From Candidatus Moanibacter sp. (lineage in GTDB: Bacteria; Verrucomicrobiota; Verrucomicrobiia; Opitutales; UBA2987): a stretch of 64,000 nt of DNA. The first letter of the stretch is position 1, and each line of letters opens with the position of its first letter. Below, piece after piece: positions 28,038 through 36,774 of the stretch. The notes under the pieces are model-generated. The model was not told the DNA's origin. It ran no database searches and saw only the letters and a list, made by a program, of their open reading frames with translations. The translations under genes were made by a program, and so were the position numbers. The DNA is taken from NCBI GenBank assembly GCA_965215885.1, contig CBDCEW010000099.1:64001-128000 (forward strand). The letters run 5' to 3'.

Positions 28038-29201
28038 ATGCACTATTTTGATAATAATGCCACCACGCCCGTGGCTGAAGTTGCTCAAAGGGCTTGGATC
28101 GAGGCTGTGCGGGAGAGTTGGGAGAATCCATCCAGTCCTTACAGAAGGGCAGCCCGAGTCAAGAATCTGCTCGAGGATAGGCGAGAGCGATTGGCTAATT
28201 TGCTGGGATGCGCGAGGGCAGAGATTGTATTCAATTCAGGGGCAACGGAAGGAAACAATTCCATTATTAATTACTTTCGTGAAAGGAGTAATTCGCGTTC
28301 GCGTGTGGTAATATCTGCAATTGAGCATCCCTGTGTTATCGAAGCCGCTGAATCGGCCTTTGCCGGCAGGGTCGATTACCTACCTGTCTCCGAGGATTGC
28401 GTGGTTGACATTGAGACTCTACGGAAATATCTGAATGAGGGAGAGGTCGCCTTGGTTTCCGTGATGGCCGCGAATAACGAAACTGGAGTGTTGCAGCCTT
28501 GGGAGGAGATAGGGCGGATTTGCGGGGAATCCGAAGTGCCTTATCATTGCGATGCCTCGCAGTGGCTCGGCAAGCTTCCGGCCGGCGAATTGGGAGAGTG
28601 TTCCTATGTCACCGGCTGTGGGCACAAATTCAATGGGCCCAAAGGAATCGGATTTGCGAAGATTGAAAAAGAGGATAACGACTTTAAGTCTCTCTTGGGC
28701 GGCGAGCAGGAATCGGGACACAGGGGAGGGACGGAGAACTATCCGGCCATTGCCGCAATGATTGCCGCACTTGAAGAAGCAACAGGCGCTATTTACTCCG
28801 CGAACGAGGAGCAGCTTTCCTATCGCAAGGAGTTTGAGGAAACCTTGTCTCGACAATTGGAAGGAGCAGAGATTGTGGCGGGAAAGGCCGAACGGCTGTG
28901 GAATACGGTTTCGATTATTCTGCCCGAGCACGAAAATATTCGTTGGGTGAGAAAGCTCGACAAGCTGGGGTTTGCAGTCTCCACGGGATCGGCTTGTGCG
29001 ACGGGAAAGGAAGGTCTGTCGCATGTCCTCGCTGCCATGGGAGTTTCCCGTGAGAAGATCAGGAGGGTTGTGCGAATAAGCGGAGGTTGGTCTACTCCGC
29101 GCGATGCCTGGCGCTTTTTGGCCGAAGCTTTCGTTCGCGTATGGAGCGGTTTCAAAACGACGTCGACCGCGGCTGACCGGACATACGTGATATCTATTTG
29201 A
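28038..29201 (+). CDS. iscS: Cysteine desulfurase (IscS/NifS-like)
   Basis: YFDNNATTP, FNSGATEGN, ANNETG, GHKFNGPKG (PLP lysine), STGSAC; start reassigned to ATG 28038. Confidence 0.88.
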   Translation: MHYFDNNATTPVAEVAQRAWIEAVRESWENPSSPYRRAARVKNLLEDRRERLANLLGCARAEIVFNSGATEGNNSIINYFRERSNSRSRVVISAIEHPCVIEAAESAFAGRVDYLPVSEDCVVDIETLRKYLNEGEVALVSVMAANNETGVLQPWEEIGRICGESEVPYHCDASQWLGKLPAGELGECSYVTGCGHKFNGPKGIGFAKIEKEDNDFKSLLGGEQESGHRGGTENYPAIAAMIAALEEATGAIYSANEEQLSYRKEFEETLSRQLEGAEIVAGKAERLWNTVSIILPEHENIRWVRKLDKLGFAVSTGSACATGKEGLSHVLAAMGVSREKIRRVVRISGGWSTPRDAWRFLAEAFVRVWSGFKTTSTAADRTYVISI

Positions 29202-29207
29202 CTGGGT

Positions 29208-29789
29208 ATGCCGCGTAAATCGGCTAGAGACCTTTGGAAGGCGAGACTGGCGGGAAAGCTACCTCCCCCCGAATTTGGTGACACTCCTTACTCGGTTGGC
29301 CGACGCCAATTTCAAGGCATCGTTCTAGGGATAGATCCGAGTCTTCGCGGAACGGGTTTGACTCTTTTGAAATTCGCTTCCGGTGGGCGGGTCAAGTTAC
29401 TCCTCAGCCGGACGGTAAAGCTCAAGCAGAGCCTCTCGATGGCGAACTGTTTGGGCGAAATCTCGAGAACCGTCAGGCAAATTCTGGTAGAATTCCATGT
29501 CGACCATGTTGCGTTGGAACAGTCGATCTATGTCCAGAATACGCGGACAGCATTGATCCTGGGTGCGGCGAGGGGAGCGGCTATCGCCGCTGCCGACTGT
29601 AGCGGTCTCCCCGTATTCGAATACGCACCTCTGAGGATAAAGCAGGCCGTGGTGGGCTTTGGAAGAGCCAGCAAGCACCAGATGGCAAGGACTGTAAAGA
29701 GCTTGCTGGGACATACCGATATTTTGAAGCCGGACGAAGCGGATGCAGCCGGAGTGGCATTATGCCATGCCTTCACCTACAAGGAATAG
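29208..29789 (+). CDS. ruvC: Holliday junction resolvase RuvC
   Basis: LGIDPSLRGTG, ALEQ, LGAARG, IKQAVVGFGRASK, DEADA. Confidence 0.93.
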   Translation: MPRKSARDLWKARLAGKLPPPEFGDTPYSVGRRQFQGIVLGIDPSLRGTGLTLLKFASGGRVKLLLSRTVKLKQSLSMANCLGEISRTVRQILVEFHVDHVALEQSIYVQNTRTALILGAARGAAIAAADCSGLPVFEYAPLRIKQAVVGFGRASKHQMARTVKSLLGHTDILKPDEADAAGVALCHAFTYKE

Positions 29790-30097
29790 CCTGAAAATCT
29801 CACAAGATTCCCGGGCTATATTACAAAAGGGCACAGAAGATATTGAATGCAGGATTGTTATGAATTATTCTCGAAGATTCATTTGACGGTTCCCTATGAC
29901 AATCTGTTCCGTCGATCCACCTCCATGGTTCTTTGCCGGAAGACGCATATTGAATTCCCTGGACTCCTTCAAAATCTTCTGAGCCCTTTTGTTCGATAGC
30001 CCGCTTTTTGTGACCGGGAAGCTCTGCCGTACGGCAGAGTTGGAAAGAGCATCTCGCTACAATACCTTCCTCAAAAATTTGTGAGAAAAGCGGGCTA
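29787..30097. mobile_element. MITE with nested inverted repeats, spanning stop codon to stop codon
   Basis: Outer TAGCCTGAAAATCTCACAA and TTGTGAGAAAAGCGGGCTA; inner IR at about 29812-29847 and 29968-30003; perfect palindrome at 30022-30039. Confidence 0.65.
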
Positions 30098-30556
30098 TGT
30101 CTCCTTCAGCTTGCTCTCAATGGCCTGGCGTAGTGGATTGGTTCTTGCAGTGATGGCGGCGACGATCATTTCAAACTCGCGTTGGCGAGAGAGGTAGCGC
30201 GCGACATAGACGCAGGTGCCGTTTGCGCTGACGATGCGATAGAAGCCGAGTCCGAAGAAATTACTGATTCCCGCCTCGGAGATGTGTTCCCATGGAATGA
30301 AAGAAGAACCACCCCACCAGTTGTAGCTGGTAATCCCTTCCACACTGATTTCGCTCTTCAGGGCAAAGACAAGGATAAAAGAGCTCATTAGCGAGACGAT
30401 AACGATGCTATTGAAATGCGCGAGCACTTCCAGATCCTCGAGCCGAATACGCTCAATAAATAGCATCCTGAGCGTATCCAGCACTAAAAGGAAAACTATG
30501 ATCCAAAGAAAGAGCGTCGAAAAGCTGCAGCGATACGATTGCGTTGGAGAGGTCAT
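30095..30556 (-). CDS. Hypothetical membrane protein (two TM segments, bacterial PH-like C-terminus)
   Basis: Two hydrophobic segments then ISVEGITSYNWWG...FIPWEHI. Confidence 0.55.
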   Translation of the reverse strand: MTSPTQSYRCSFSTLFLWIIVFLLVLDTLRMLFIERIRLEDLEVLAHFNSIVIVSLMSSFILVFALKSEISVEGITSYNWWGGSSFIPWEHISEAGISNFFGLGFYRIVSANGTCVYVARYLSRQREFEMIVAAITARTNPLRQAIESKLKET

Positions 30557-30660
30557 TGCCCGCTTACCTCACGGATTTGCTCGAAACAGAAACGGATTAT
30601 TTCCTGCCCGTCCCGCATTGCAAGCACGGACATTTCAAAAACATGCCTCGAAGCAGGATT

Positions 30661-31482
30661 TTACGGATCGAGCAATCGATCGAAGAGTCGACCCTTGTAG
30701 CGGCTGCCGAGTTCGCTTTGGTCGTTTAGTCCCCAATCGTAATCCATGTATTCAAGGAGGTAATCGCCCGATTCAAGAAATTCCCGGTGTCTCTCCGGAG
30801 CGTAGGTGGCGAGTATATTCTTGAGGTTACCTCCATCCACAAAATCCTCTTTATACCACTTGAAGATAGCCGAGATTTCGATCTTTTTCTCCTGAGGGTT
30901 AAATCGGTTTAGGTCCAATCGGCTTAGCCAGCTGCTATAGGCGTCGATTATTTCTTCTTCAAGCGTCGCGGCCCTATAGGCGGATCTTCTCAATGGTGGG
31001 CAGCTTCGAGCAGCACATACTACCACTGCGTGTACCTTCCATCCAATCATTGGGCGAAGAAAATCGTGCTCGATTTGGTCGAGAGAGATATCCCTGCCTC
31101 CCACGCGATGTCTTCTCTCCGACCATGAATCAACCAACTTCCGAATGCTTGCAACCGGGTAGTTAGTCAGAATCCATTGGATTGTGAGGGCGTTGTAGAC
31201 GTTGATGAGAGAAGCTACCTTTTCCGCGCCATCGGCCGGAACTGTCGGCTGAGGAGAGTACTGACTGATGTAATCATTAAGTTCTCCAAGATCTACCGGA
31301 TTCGCTTTCCATTTGCCATAATCAACCAAACCCCACTCGTTGACGTATTCGCCGAGGAGGGCATCCCAAACCGTATGATCAATCCCTGCCGGTAGGGCGA
31401 CCTCATCAGCGCGGGAGTGAGCGACACCAATGGGGAAAAGGAAGGAGCACAGAGTGGCTGTTAAATTCGAAATCCGTATCAC
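30661..31482 (-). CDS. DUF547 domain secreted protein
   Basis: Signal peptide, DHTVWDALL..YV..GLVDY, INVYNALT, SLDQIEH, CAARSCPPL, ISAIFKWY, YDWGLN. Confidence 0.88.
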   Translation of the reverse strand: MIRISNLTATLCSFLFPIGVAHSRADEVALPAGIDHTVWDALLGEYVNEWGLVDYGKWKANPVDLGELNDYISQYSPQPTVPADGAEKVASLINVYNALTIQWILTNYPVASIRKLVDSWSERRHRVGGRDISLDQIEHDFLRPMIGWKVHAVVVCAARSCPPLRRSAYRAATLEEEIIDAYSSWLSRLDLNRFNPQEKKIEISAIFKWYKEDFVDGGNLKNILATYAPERHREFLESGDYLLEYMDYDWGLNDQSELGSRYKGRLFDRLLDP

Positions 31483-32237
31483 TGTGAAGAAGCTGTGCCT
31501 GGCGGGTTTTCAGAAGCGCCTTCCAACTCTGCCCCTCGAAGCGCTTTGCGCGCAACCTTCGTGATGTAGACGGTTACAATCGCGGTAATCACCAATCCGA
31601 AACCCAGAAAGGCATATTCCAGAGGGGTCTTCCCGCCACCACCGGAAGCGGCTTCGAGTCCCGCTTTTCCGATGTGGCCAAGGTATACATAGAGCACCGT
31701 GCCGGGCATCATCCCCAGCCAGCTACCGATGACATAATGCCAGAACTTGACCGCCGTAAGACCAAGAAGGTAATTGAGTGCGTTGAACGGAAAAACCGGA
31801 CTCAGCCGGAGGAGCAGGACAATCTTGCCCCCTTCCTTTCCAATAGCTGAATCTACGGCCGCGAATTTCTCGTTTTTACTCAGTCTCGATGCCACACGAT
31901 TTCGGGCGATATACCGGCCGATAAGGAAGGCCAGGGAGGCGCCGACCGTCGACGCGACGGAAACCGCCACGGAACCTCCGATTACACCGAAGAGAAAACC
32001 AGCCCCGATTGTCAGGACGGAACCGGGAAGGAACAGGACCGTTGCCAGGATGTACATGCCAACAAAGACGAGATATCCGACGTATCCAAGGCCCTCCACC
32101 CAGTCGTTAAACGCCACCAACCAAACCTGCACGGGGAGAATTTTGGCCAAGATGATTACTGCGACGATAATCGCGATACCGATTACCAACTTCACGGGTG
32201 CCTTCTTTTGCCGTTCTTCTTTAGGTTCCTCTGGCAT
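31479..32237 (-). CDS. TVP38/TMEM64 (DedA/VTT) family membrane protein
   Basis: FLPGSVLTIGAGFLFG, LLRLSPVFPFNALNY, GMMPGT. Confidence 0.9.
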   Translation of the reverse strand: MPEEPKEERQKKAPVKLVIGIAIIVAVIILAKILPVQVWLVAFNDWVEGLGYVGYLVFVGMYILATVLFLPGSVLTIGAGFLFGVIGGSVAVSVASTVGASLAFLIGRYIARNRVASRLSKNEKFAAVDSAIGKEGGKIVLLLRLSPVFPFNALNYLLGLTAVKFWHYVIGSWLGMMPGTVLYVYLGHIGKAGLEAASGGGGKTPLEYAFLGFGLVITAIVTVYITKVARKALRGAELEGASENPPGTASSQ

Positions 32238-32245
32238 AGTCGAAT

Positions 32246-33733
32246 CTAGCCTTTTCGATGGCGCCTGAAGAGCCAGGTAAATATTGACTTTGTCCGAGGC
32301 GTTAGTCGAGTTCGATTGAACTGATCACCCAGTTTTCGGGCTGCTTCGGCAAAAGTGGGATAAGCGTGAATAGTGTTGGCAATCTTACCCAGACCGATTC
32401 CATGCTTCATTGCCAGAACGAATTCGTGCAGGAGATCTCCACCATGTTCAGCCACGATAGTAACTCCCAGGATCTCGTCACTCCCTTTCCTCGTGAGGAC
32501 CTTTGTGAATCCCTCGTCCTGCGTCTCCAGGATCGCACGGTCCACATCGTCCATCTCCTGGGTGAATACGTCGTAGGCCACGTTTTGTTCCTTCGCCTCC
32601 GTTTCGTTTAGACCGACACGGGCGACTTCCGGGCTTGTGAATGATGCCCAGGGGATCACGGAGTAGTCCACTTTTGCCTTAGGCAGGGGGAGGGGAAATG
32701 TACCTTTTACAATATTCTGTACCACAATGCGTGTTTGATAGTCCGCCATATGAGTAAACTGGTAGGGACCGACAATATCCCCGGAAGCATAGATATGGGA
32801 CTGCGATGTTTGCAGACTTTCATTTACAATTATTCCCTTTTTGTTAAAATCCACTCCTGCCGCCTCCAGGTTAAGCTTCTCGACGTTTGGAATTCTGCCC
32901 GCCGCGATGAGAAGGGCGTCCGCCTCAATTCTCTCAGCACTGGCTTCAGGATTGTCTCTCTGGTCAAATGGCACCAGATCCATTATAATCTTTTCTCCAT
33001 TTCGGGATACCTGCTGTGGGAGCATTCCTGTCCAAAACGTCATTCCTTCTTCGGTGAGCAGGTCTCTCATGAACTGACTCACCTCCGGGTCCTCGCGTAT
33101 GAGGATCTGAGGAAGCACTTCAACCAGCTGAACACTAACCCCCAGTCTGCACATTGCCTGGCCCAGTTCCACTCCTATGGGCCCACCACCAATAATGATG
33201 AGAGTTTCAGGCTTTTTCTCAAGTTCATCGAAGACGGTTTCATTCGTATGGTAGGGAACTTCCTCTATGCCCTTTATGGGAGGCACACCAGCTCTACTGC
33301 CGGCGGCTATAACGATATTCCTACTTCGGAGCACCTGCCCATTTACTTCGACTTCATGTGGAGAGATGAATCGCGCCGCCCCTTGAAAAACGTCGACGCC
33401 CAGTCCCTCGTAACGCTCGACGGAATCGTTTGGCTCAATTTTGGCTCTGCGGCCCCGCATACTCTCGAAGATCCTGGTGAATTCGAACACCGGCTCTTGG
33501 CTCTCCAAGCCCCATTTCTCTGCTTTTCGGATAGTTTCGACAACTCGTGCACTGGATATGAGTCCTTTACTTGGAACACAGCCAAAATTGAGGCAGTCTC
33601 CCCCCATCTTGTTCTTCTCTATCAATGCGGCTCGTCCACCTAGACCGGTTATGGCGGAAGTGGTAATGAGGCCGGCAGTTCCGGCCCCTACTGCAATTAC
33701 ATTGTAGGTTCCTTTCCCCTTCTCTTCTTTCAT
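32246..33733 (-). CDS. Class I pyridine nucleotide-disulfide oxidoreductase (MerA/Lpd-like)
   Basis: GAGTAG, GGDCLNFGCVPSK, GGGPIGVE, FTHMA, IHAYPTFAE; no C-terminal Cys-Cys. Confidence 0.9.
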   Translation of the reverse strand: MKEEKGKGTYNVIAVGAGTAGLITTSAITGLGGRAALIEKNKMGGDCLNFGCVPSKGLISSARVVETIRKAEKWGLESQEPVFEFTRIFESMRGRRAKIEPNDSVERYEGLGVDVFQGAARFISPHEVEVNGQVLRSRNIVIAAGSRAGVPPIKGIEEVPYHTNETVFDELEKKPETLIIIGGGPIGVELGQAMCRLGVSVQLVEVLPQILIREDPEVSQFMRDLLTEEGMTFWTGMLPQQVSRNGEKIIMDLVPFDQRDNPEASAERIEADALLIAAGRIPNVEKLNLEAAGVDFNKKGIIVNESLQTSQSHIYASGDIVGPYQFTHMADYQTRIVVQNIVKGTFPLPLPKAKVDYSVIPWASFTSPEVARVGLNETEAKEQNVAYDVFTQEMDDVDRAILETQDEGFTKVLTRKGSDEILGVTIVAEHGGDLLHEFVLAMKHGIGLGKIANTIHAYPTFAEAARKLGDQFNRTRLTPRTKSIFTWLFRRHRKG

Positions 33734-33814
33734 TCAGAAATCTCCACTATTTTGCGCCTGTATATAAAGTTGGTCGCCTGGGATTCAATTTCCTGACATG
33801 GGAAGGCCCCTGCT

Positions 33815-34471
33815 TCATTTGCGATTCGCAAAGTAGTGACAAGTAAGAATGAAATCTCTTACCGTTCTTCGGATAGGATGTTTCCCGAATCGTCTTCCGG
33901 AGGAAAGAACGTGTGGTTTCAAGTTGATGGTTTGTCCAAGTTTGCTTAGCTGCCGCGAGAATTCCAGGTCCTCGAACAGGTTCCGATCGGGAAATCCACC
34001 GATTGTTTGAAAGGCCGATTTTCTCACAAAGACTCCTTGATCACCGAGGTTCCATCCAAGAAACCGGCTTCTTGTTCTAGCCAGGTAGCAGGTCACTTTC
34101 AGAAAAACGGAGGGATGGCAATAGCGGCGGTTGAATGCGCCTCCCACGATTTTCGGGTTCCTCAGGGCGGATACTATCGATTCCAATGCGCCTTCGGGGA
34201 GCAGAGTGTCGGCGTGGAGGAAGAGTAGAATTTCACTTGTCGCCTGCGCAGCGCCCAGATTCATCTGAGAAGCTCGTTGTCGAACGGGCGACTCGATTAG
34301 TCGCCTGCCGTTACCCTTCGCAAATTTGGCAGTTTCGTCGGTACTGCCGGCATCGACGATCAGAATCTCCTTTTCCAAGGGGTTAGCCTCCACACACTTG
34401 AGAGTCTGTGGCAGTAGCTCTGCTTCATTCAGAACGGGAATAATAACCGATATGCGTGGAGTGTTGTTCAT
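33815..34471 (-). CDS. GT2 glycosyltransferase, TIGR04283-like
   Basis: ISVIIPVLNEA, VDAGSTD, RASQMNLGA, LLFLHADT, GDQGVF, FEDLEF, SSGRRF; probable start MNNTPR at 34471. Confidence 0.85.
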   Translation of the reverse strand: MNNTPRISVIIPVLNEAELLPQTLKCVEANPLEKEILIVDAGSTDETAKFAKGNGRRLIESPVRQRASQMNLGAAQATSEILLFLHADTLLPEGALESIVSALRNPKIVGGAFNRRYCHPSVFLKVTCYLARTRSRFLGWNLGDQGVFVRKSAFQTIGGFPDRNLFEDLEFSRQLSKLGQTINLKPHVLSSGRRFGKHPIRRTVRDFILTCHYFANRK

Positions 34472-34511
34472 TCCATTGTGACAACAAACTCCACTCTGGA
34501 GTTTCACCAGG

Positions 34512-35123
34512 CTACTGTCGCTGCGCTTCTAGAAAGATCTCAACAGTGACTTCGTTTCCCACGATTCCCTGTCCATAAGTGATGCCGTAATCCCTACGGT
34601 CAAGAGTTGTTTTTACCTCCCAACCGCTGAGGTAGACACCCCTTCGATTAAGGCCGGAGCCCGTGAGTTTCACATCGAGAACTATTGCTTTGGTTGTCGA
34701 CAGGATCGTGAGGTTCCCGGTTACCTTGAAGGTATTTTTGCCCGTGACAACCCAACGCGTCGACTTGAATTTAATCTGGGGATGCACCGGTTCGTTGAAA
34801 AAGTCATCGCTGCGGAGGTGTTTGTCGCGTTTGACATTGTTGGTGTTTACGGCACCGACCGGGATTACCGCTTCCGCACTGTTATTCGCCGGGTTCTCCG
34901 TGTCTAAGACAATCGTTGCTTCAAAATCCTGAAATGCACCGGGAACCGTACTGAAAAAATGTCGAATCTTGAAGTTGACACTGGAATGGGCCGGGTCGGC
35001 CTTGTAGGTCTCGATCGCCGCCTGCGTTGTCGTGCTGAAGAGGGCACTCAAAACCGCTGTTACAAAAGTGGCTGTTTTTCTTAGTGTTAGATTCATTTTT
35101 ATCATATGGGTAAAACTACGCAC
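34512..35123 (-). CDS. YceI family lipid/polyisoprenoid-binding periplasmic protein
   Basis: Signal peptide, YKADPAHSSVNFKIRH, RDKHLRSDDFF, GNLTI, LDRRDYGI. Confidence 0.9.
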   Translation of the reverse strand: MRSFTHMIKMNLTLRKTATFVTAVLSALFSTTTQAAIETYKADPAHSSVNFKIRHFFSTVPGAFQDFEATIVLDTENPANNSAEAVIPVGAVNTNNVKRDKHLRSDDFFNEPVHPQIKFKSTRWVVTGKNTFKVTGNLTILSTTKAIVLDVKLTGSGLNRRGVYLSGWEVKTTLDRRDYGITYGQGIVGNEVTVEIFLEAQRQ

Positions 35124-35321
35124 TGTTTCTTATTGATCGATAGAAAGAAAAGCGAGGCATTATCTCGTTAATACCATAGGAACTTTCGATCTTCCGTAAC
35201 GCTGGGTTGTCGCTCCCTCTCGACGGGAACGTCCCGCTCGGCGGGGACAGTGGAGAGGGTGGGCCGGTTCCGCTTATCCCGGAGGTGAGACCTCCAACGA
35301 CGAAGATCGCTTTTTCCCAAC

Positions 35322-36125
35322 TTACAGAAGAGGGCTCAATTCCTCTGTGTTTCCTTTCACTGTGAGAATGAAAAGCTGCTTCTTTGTCGTCCATGCCGCT
35401 GTGCCATGGTTCCTTACCTGTCTCAGGTAGGGTGTACGATAGTCCCTTAGTTTCGGCAAATCCTTCCTGTTCGCTACGTAGAGGGTGTAGAGTTTGTCGC
35501 CTTTAAGGCAGATCACACCGACCTGGTGGTCATTCCACGCAAACGATTCACAGCCGACGCCGACAAGCTTGCTTAAAGCTCTCGGCAGTTCCTGCGGATA
35601 AGGAGCCTTCTCTTTCAACAAAAAGTTGTGAAGGGCGGATACATCTTCATCAAGATAATCCATATGTTCTGTGTGATGAATGGAATGGTCCGCCGCTGCC
35701 TGAATGAGCTGCTCAAGATTACTCTCCAAAGCGTATTTCTCACCCACACCCGGCGCTACATCGCGAATGAGGAGGTATCCGATTGCCAGTAGTGCCATCA
35801 TGCATGCGGCAATTGACCATGTAACTGGCTGCTGCCACCAGACTATCTCTCGTCCGTTGTCCTTTTCCACGATTGTCCGTGAAGCTGAGGTGTATGCTTC
35901 TTCCGGTGCATTCTCCAAGATTCGGGCGAGCAGTCCCTGGGGTGGGTTAAACTCCTTCAACTTCTGGGAAAATGCGCGATCGAAGGACTTCTCCCGCTCC
36001 ATAAAGTCCTGTAATTCCGGGTCGTTTTCGGCACATCGCAGGGCTTCCTTCAGCTCGGAATTCTCTTCGGGATCCAGATCCGCACGGTACGCCTGTAGAA
36101 CCATTTTGGCTTCTTCCTTATTCAT
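35322..36125 (-). CDS. Putative transmembrane anti-sigma factor
   Basis: Follows the ECF sigma gene; N-domain EAL...DPEL..F.EREKSFD...PPQGL, TM WSIAACMMALLAIG, periplasmic domain with GC...VICL. Confidence 0.75.
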   Translation of the reverse strand: MNKEEAKMVLQAYRADLDPEENSELKEALRCAENDPELQDFMEREKSFDRAFSQKLKEFNPPQGLLARILENAPEEAYTSASRTIVEKDNGREIVWWQQPVTWSIAACMMALLAIGYLLIRDVAPGVGEKYALESNLEQLIQAAADHSIHHTEHMDYLDEDVSALHNFLLKEKAPYPQELPRALSKLVGVGCESFAWNDHQVGVICLKGDKLYTLYVANRKDLPKLRDYRTPYLRQVRNHGTAAWTTKKQLFILTVKGNTEELSPLL

Positions 36126-36152
36126 TTCGGGGCTTCTCCATTGAGCCGTTAT

Positions 36153-36701
36153 CTACAACGACTTTGTTTTTTTCTTTTTTATTCTTTGATTCAACAATAC
36201 CTCTTTGAGCTGCGTCTTTCCTCGAGAGAGTCTGGACATCACAGTGCCGATCGGCAATTCCAGAGCGGCAGCAATTTCTTTGTATGACAGATCTTCCAGG
36301 TAGAAAAGCGTGAGAGGCACCTTATAGATCTCATCGATCTTTGCGAGAGATTCGACCGCGCTCGCCGCGTCCATTGCTGTGACGAGGTCTGGCGCCACCA
36401 GAGGCATTTCTGCCTCAAGGGCTTCTGGATCGTATGACGCCATACTGCCGCTTCGCCTCCGGATGCGTAGAAATTCCCTGTAAAGGGTTGTAAAAAGCCA
36501 GGATTTAACCTTGGAGGTGTCCCGAAGAGTCGAACCCTTGGAGGCCCAGATGTAAAAGACCTGCTGAGTGAGATCGCTGGCGTCATCTTCATTCTTGGCT
36601 AGGCTATATGCAAAACGAAAGAGTGGTGAATAGTAATCCTTCACCAACTCAGAAAAGTCCAGGGAACTATTTTCTTGTTTAGGAGCGCCCATCTTCCGCA
36701 T
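36153..36701 (-). CDS. ECF sigma-70 factor, module 2
   Basis: DASDLTQQVF, KSWLFTTLYR, LSYKEIA..LELPIGTVMSRLSRGK. Confidence 0.93.
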   Translation of the reverse strand: MRKMGAPKQENSSLDFSELVKDYYSPLFRFAYSLAKNEDDASDLTQQVFYIWASKGSTLRDTSKVKSWLFTTLYREFLRIRRRSGSMASYDPEALEAEMPLVAPDLVTAMDAASAVESLAKIDEIYKVPLTLFYLEDLSYKEIAAALELPIGTVMSRLSRGKTQLKEVLLNQRIKKKKTKSL

Positions 36702-36774
36702 TTATTCCAAGGCTTTCTGTTTAATTTCACGGTGCCGCGGTGACCGCACTCTTCGTGAGAAAAACAAAAACTAA

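Noticed and set aside
32735..33643. Long antisense ORFs (also 19717-20511, 39538-40332, 20626-21237)
   Set aside because: Shadow frames opposite well-supported genes
32246..33733. Mercuric reductase merA
   Set aside because: No C-terminal Cys-Cys pair, no N-terminal metal-binding domain and no mer operon genes
35190..35300. Riboswitch upstream of yceI
   Set aside because: GC-rich hairpins are present, but I could not match any known aptamer consensus; a covariance-model search would be needed
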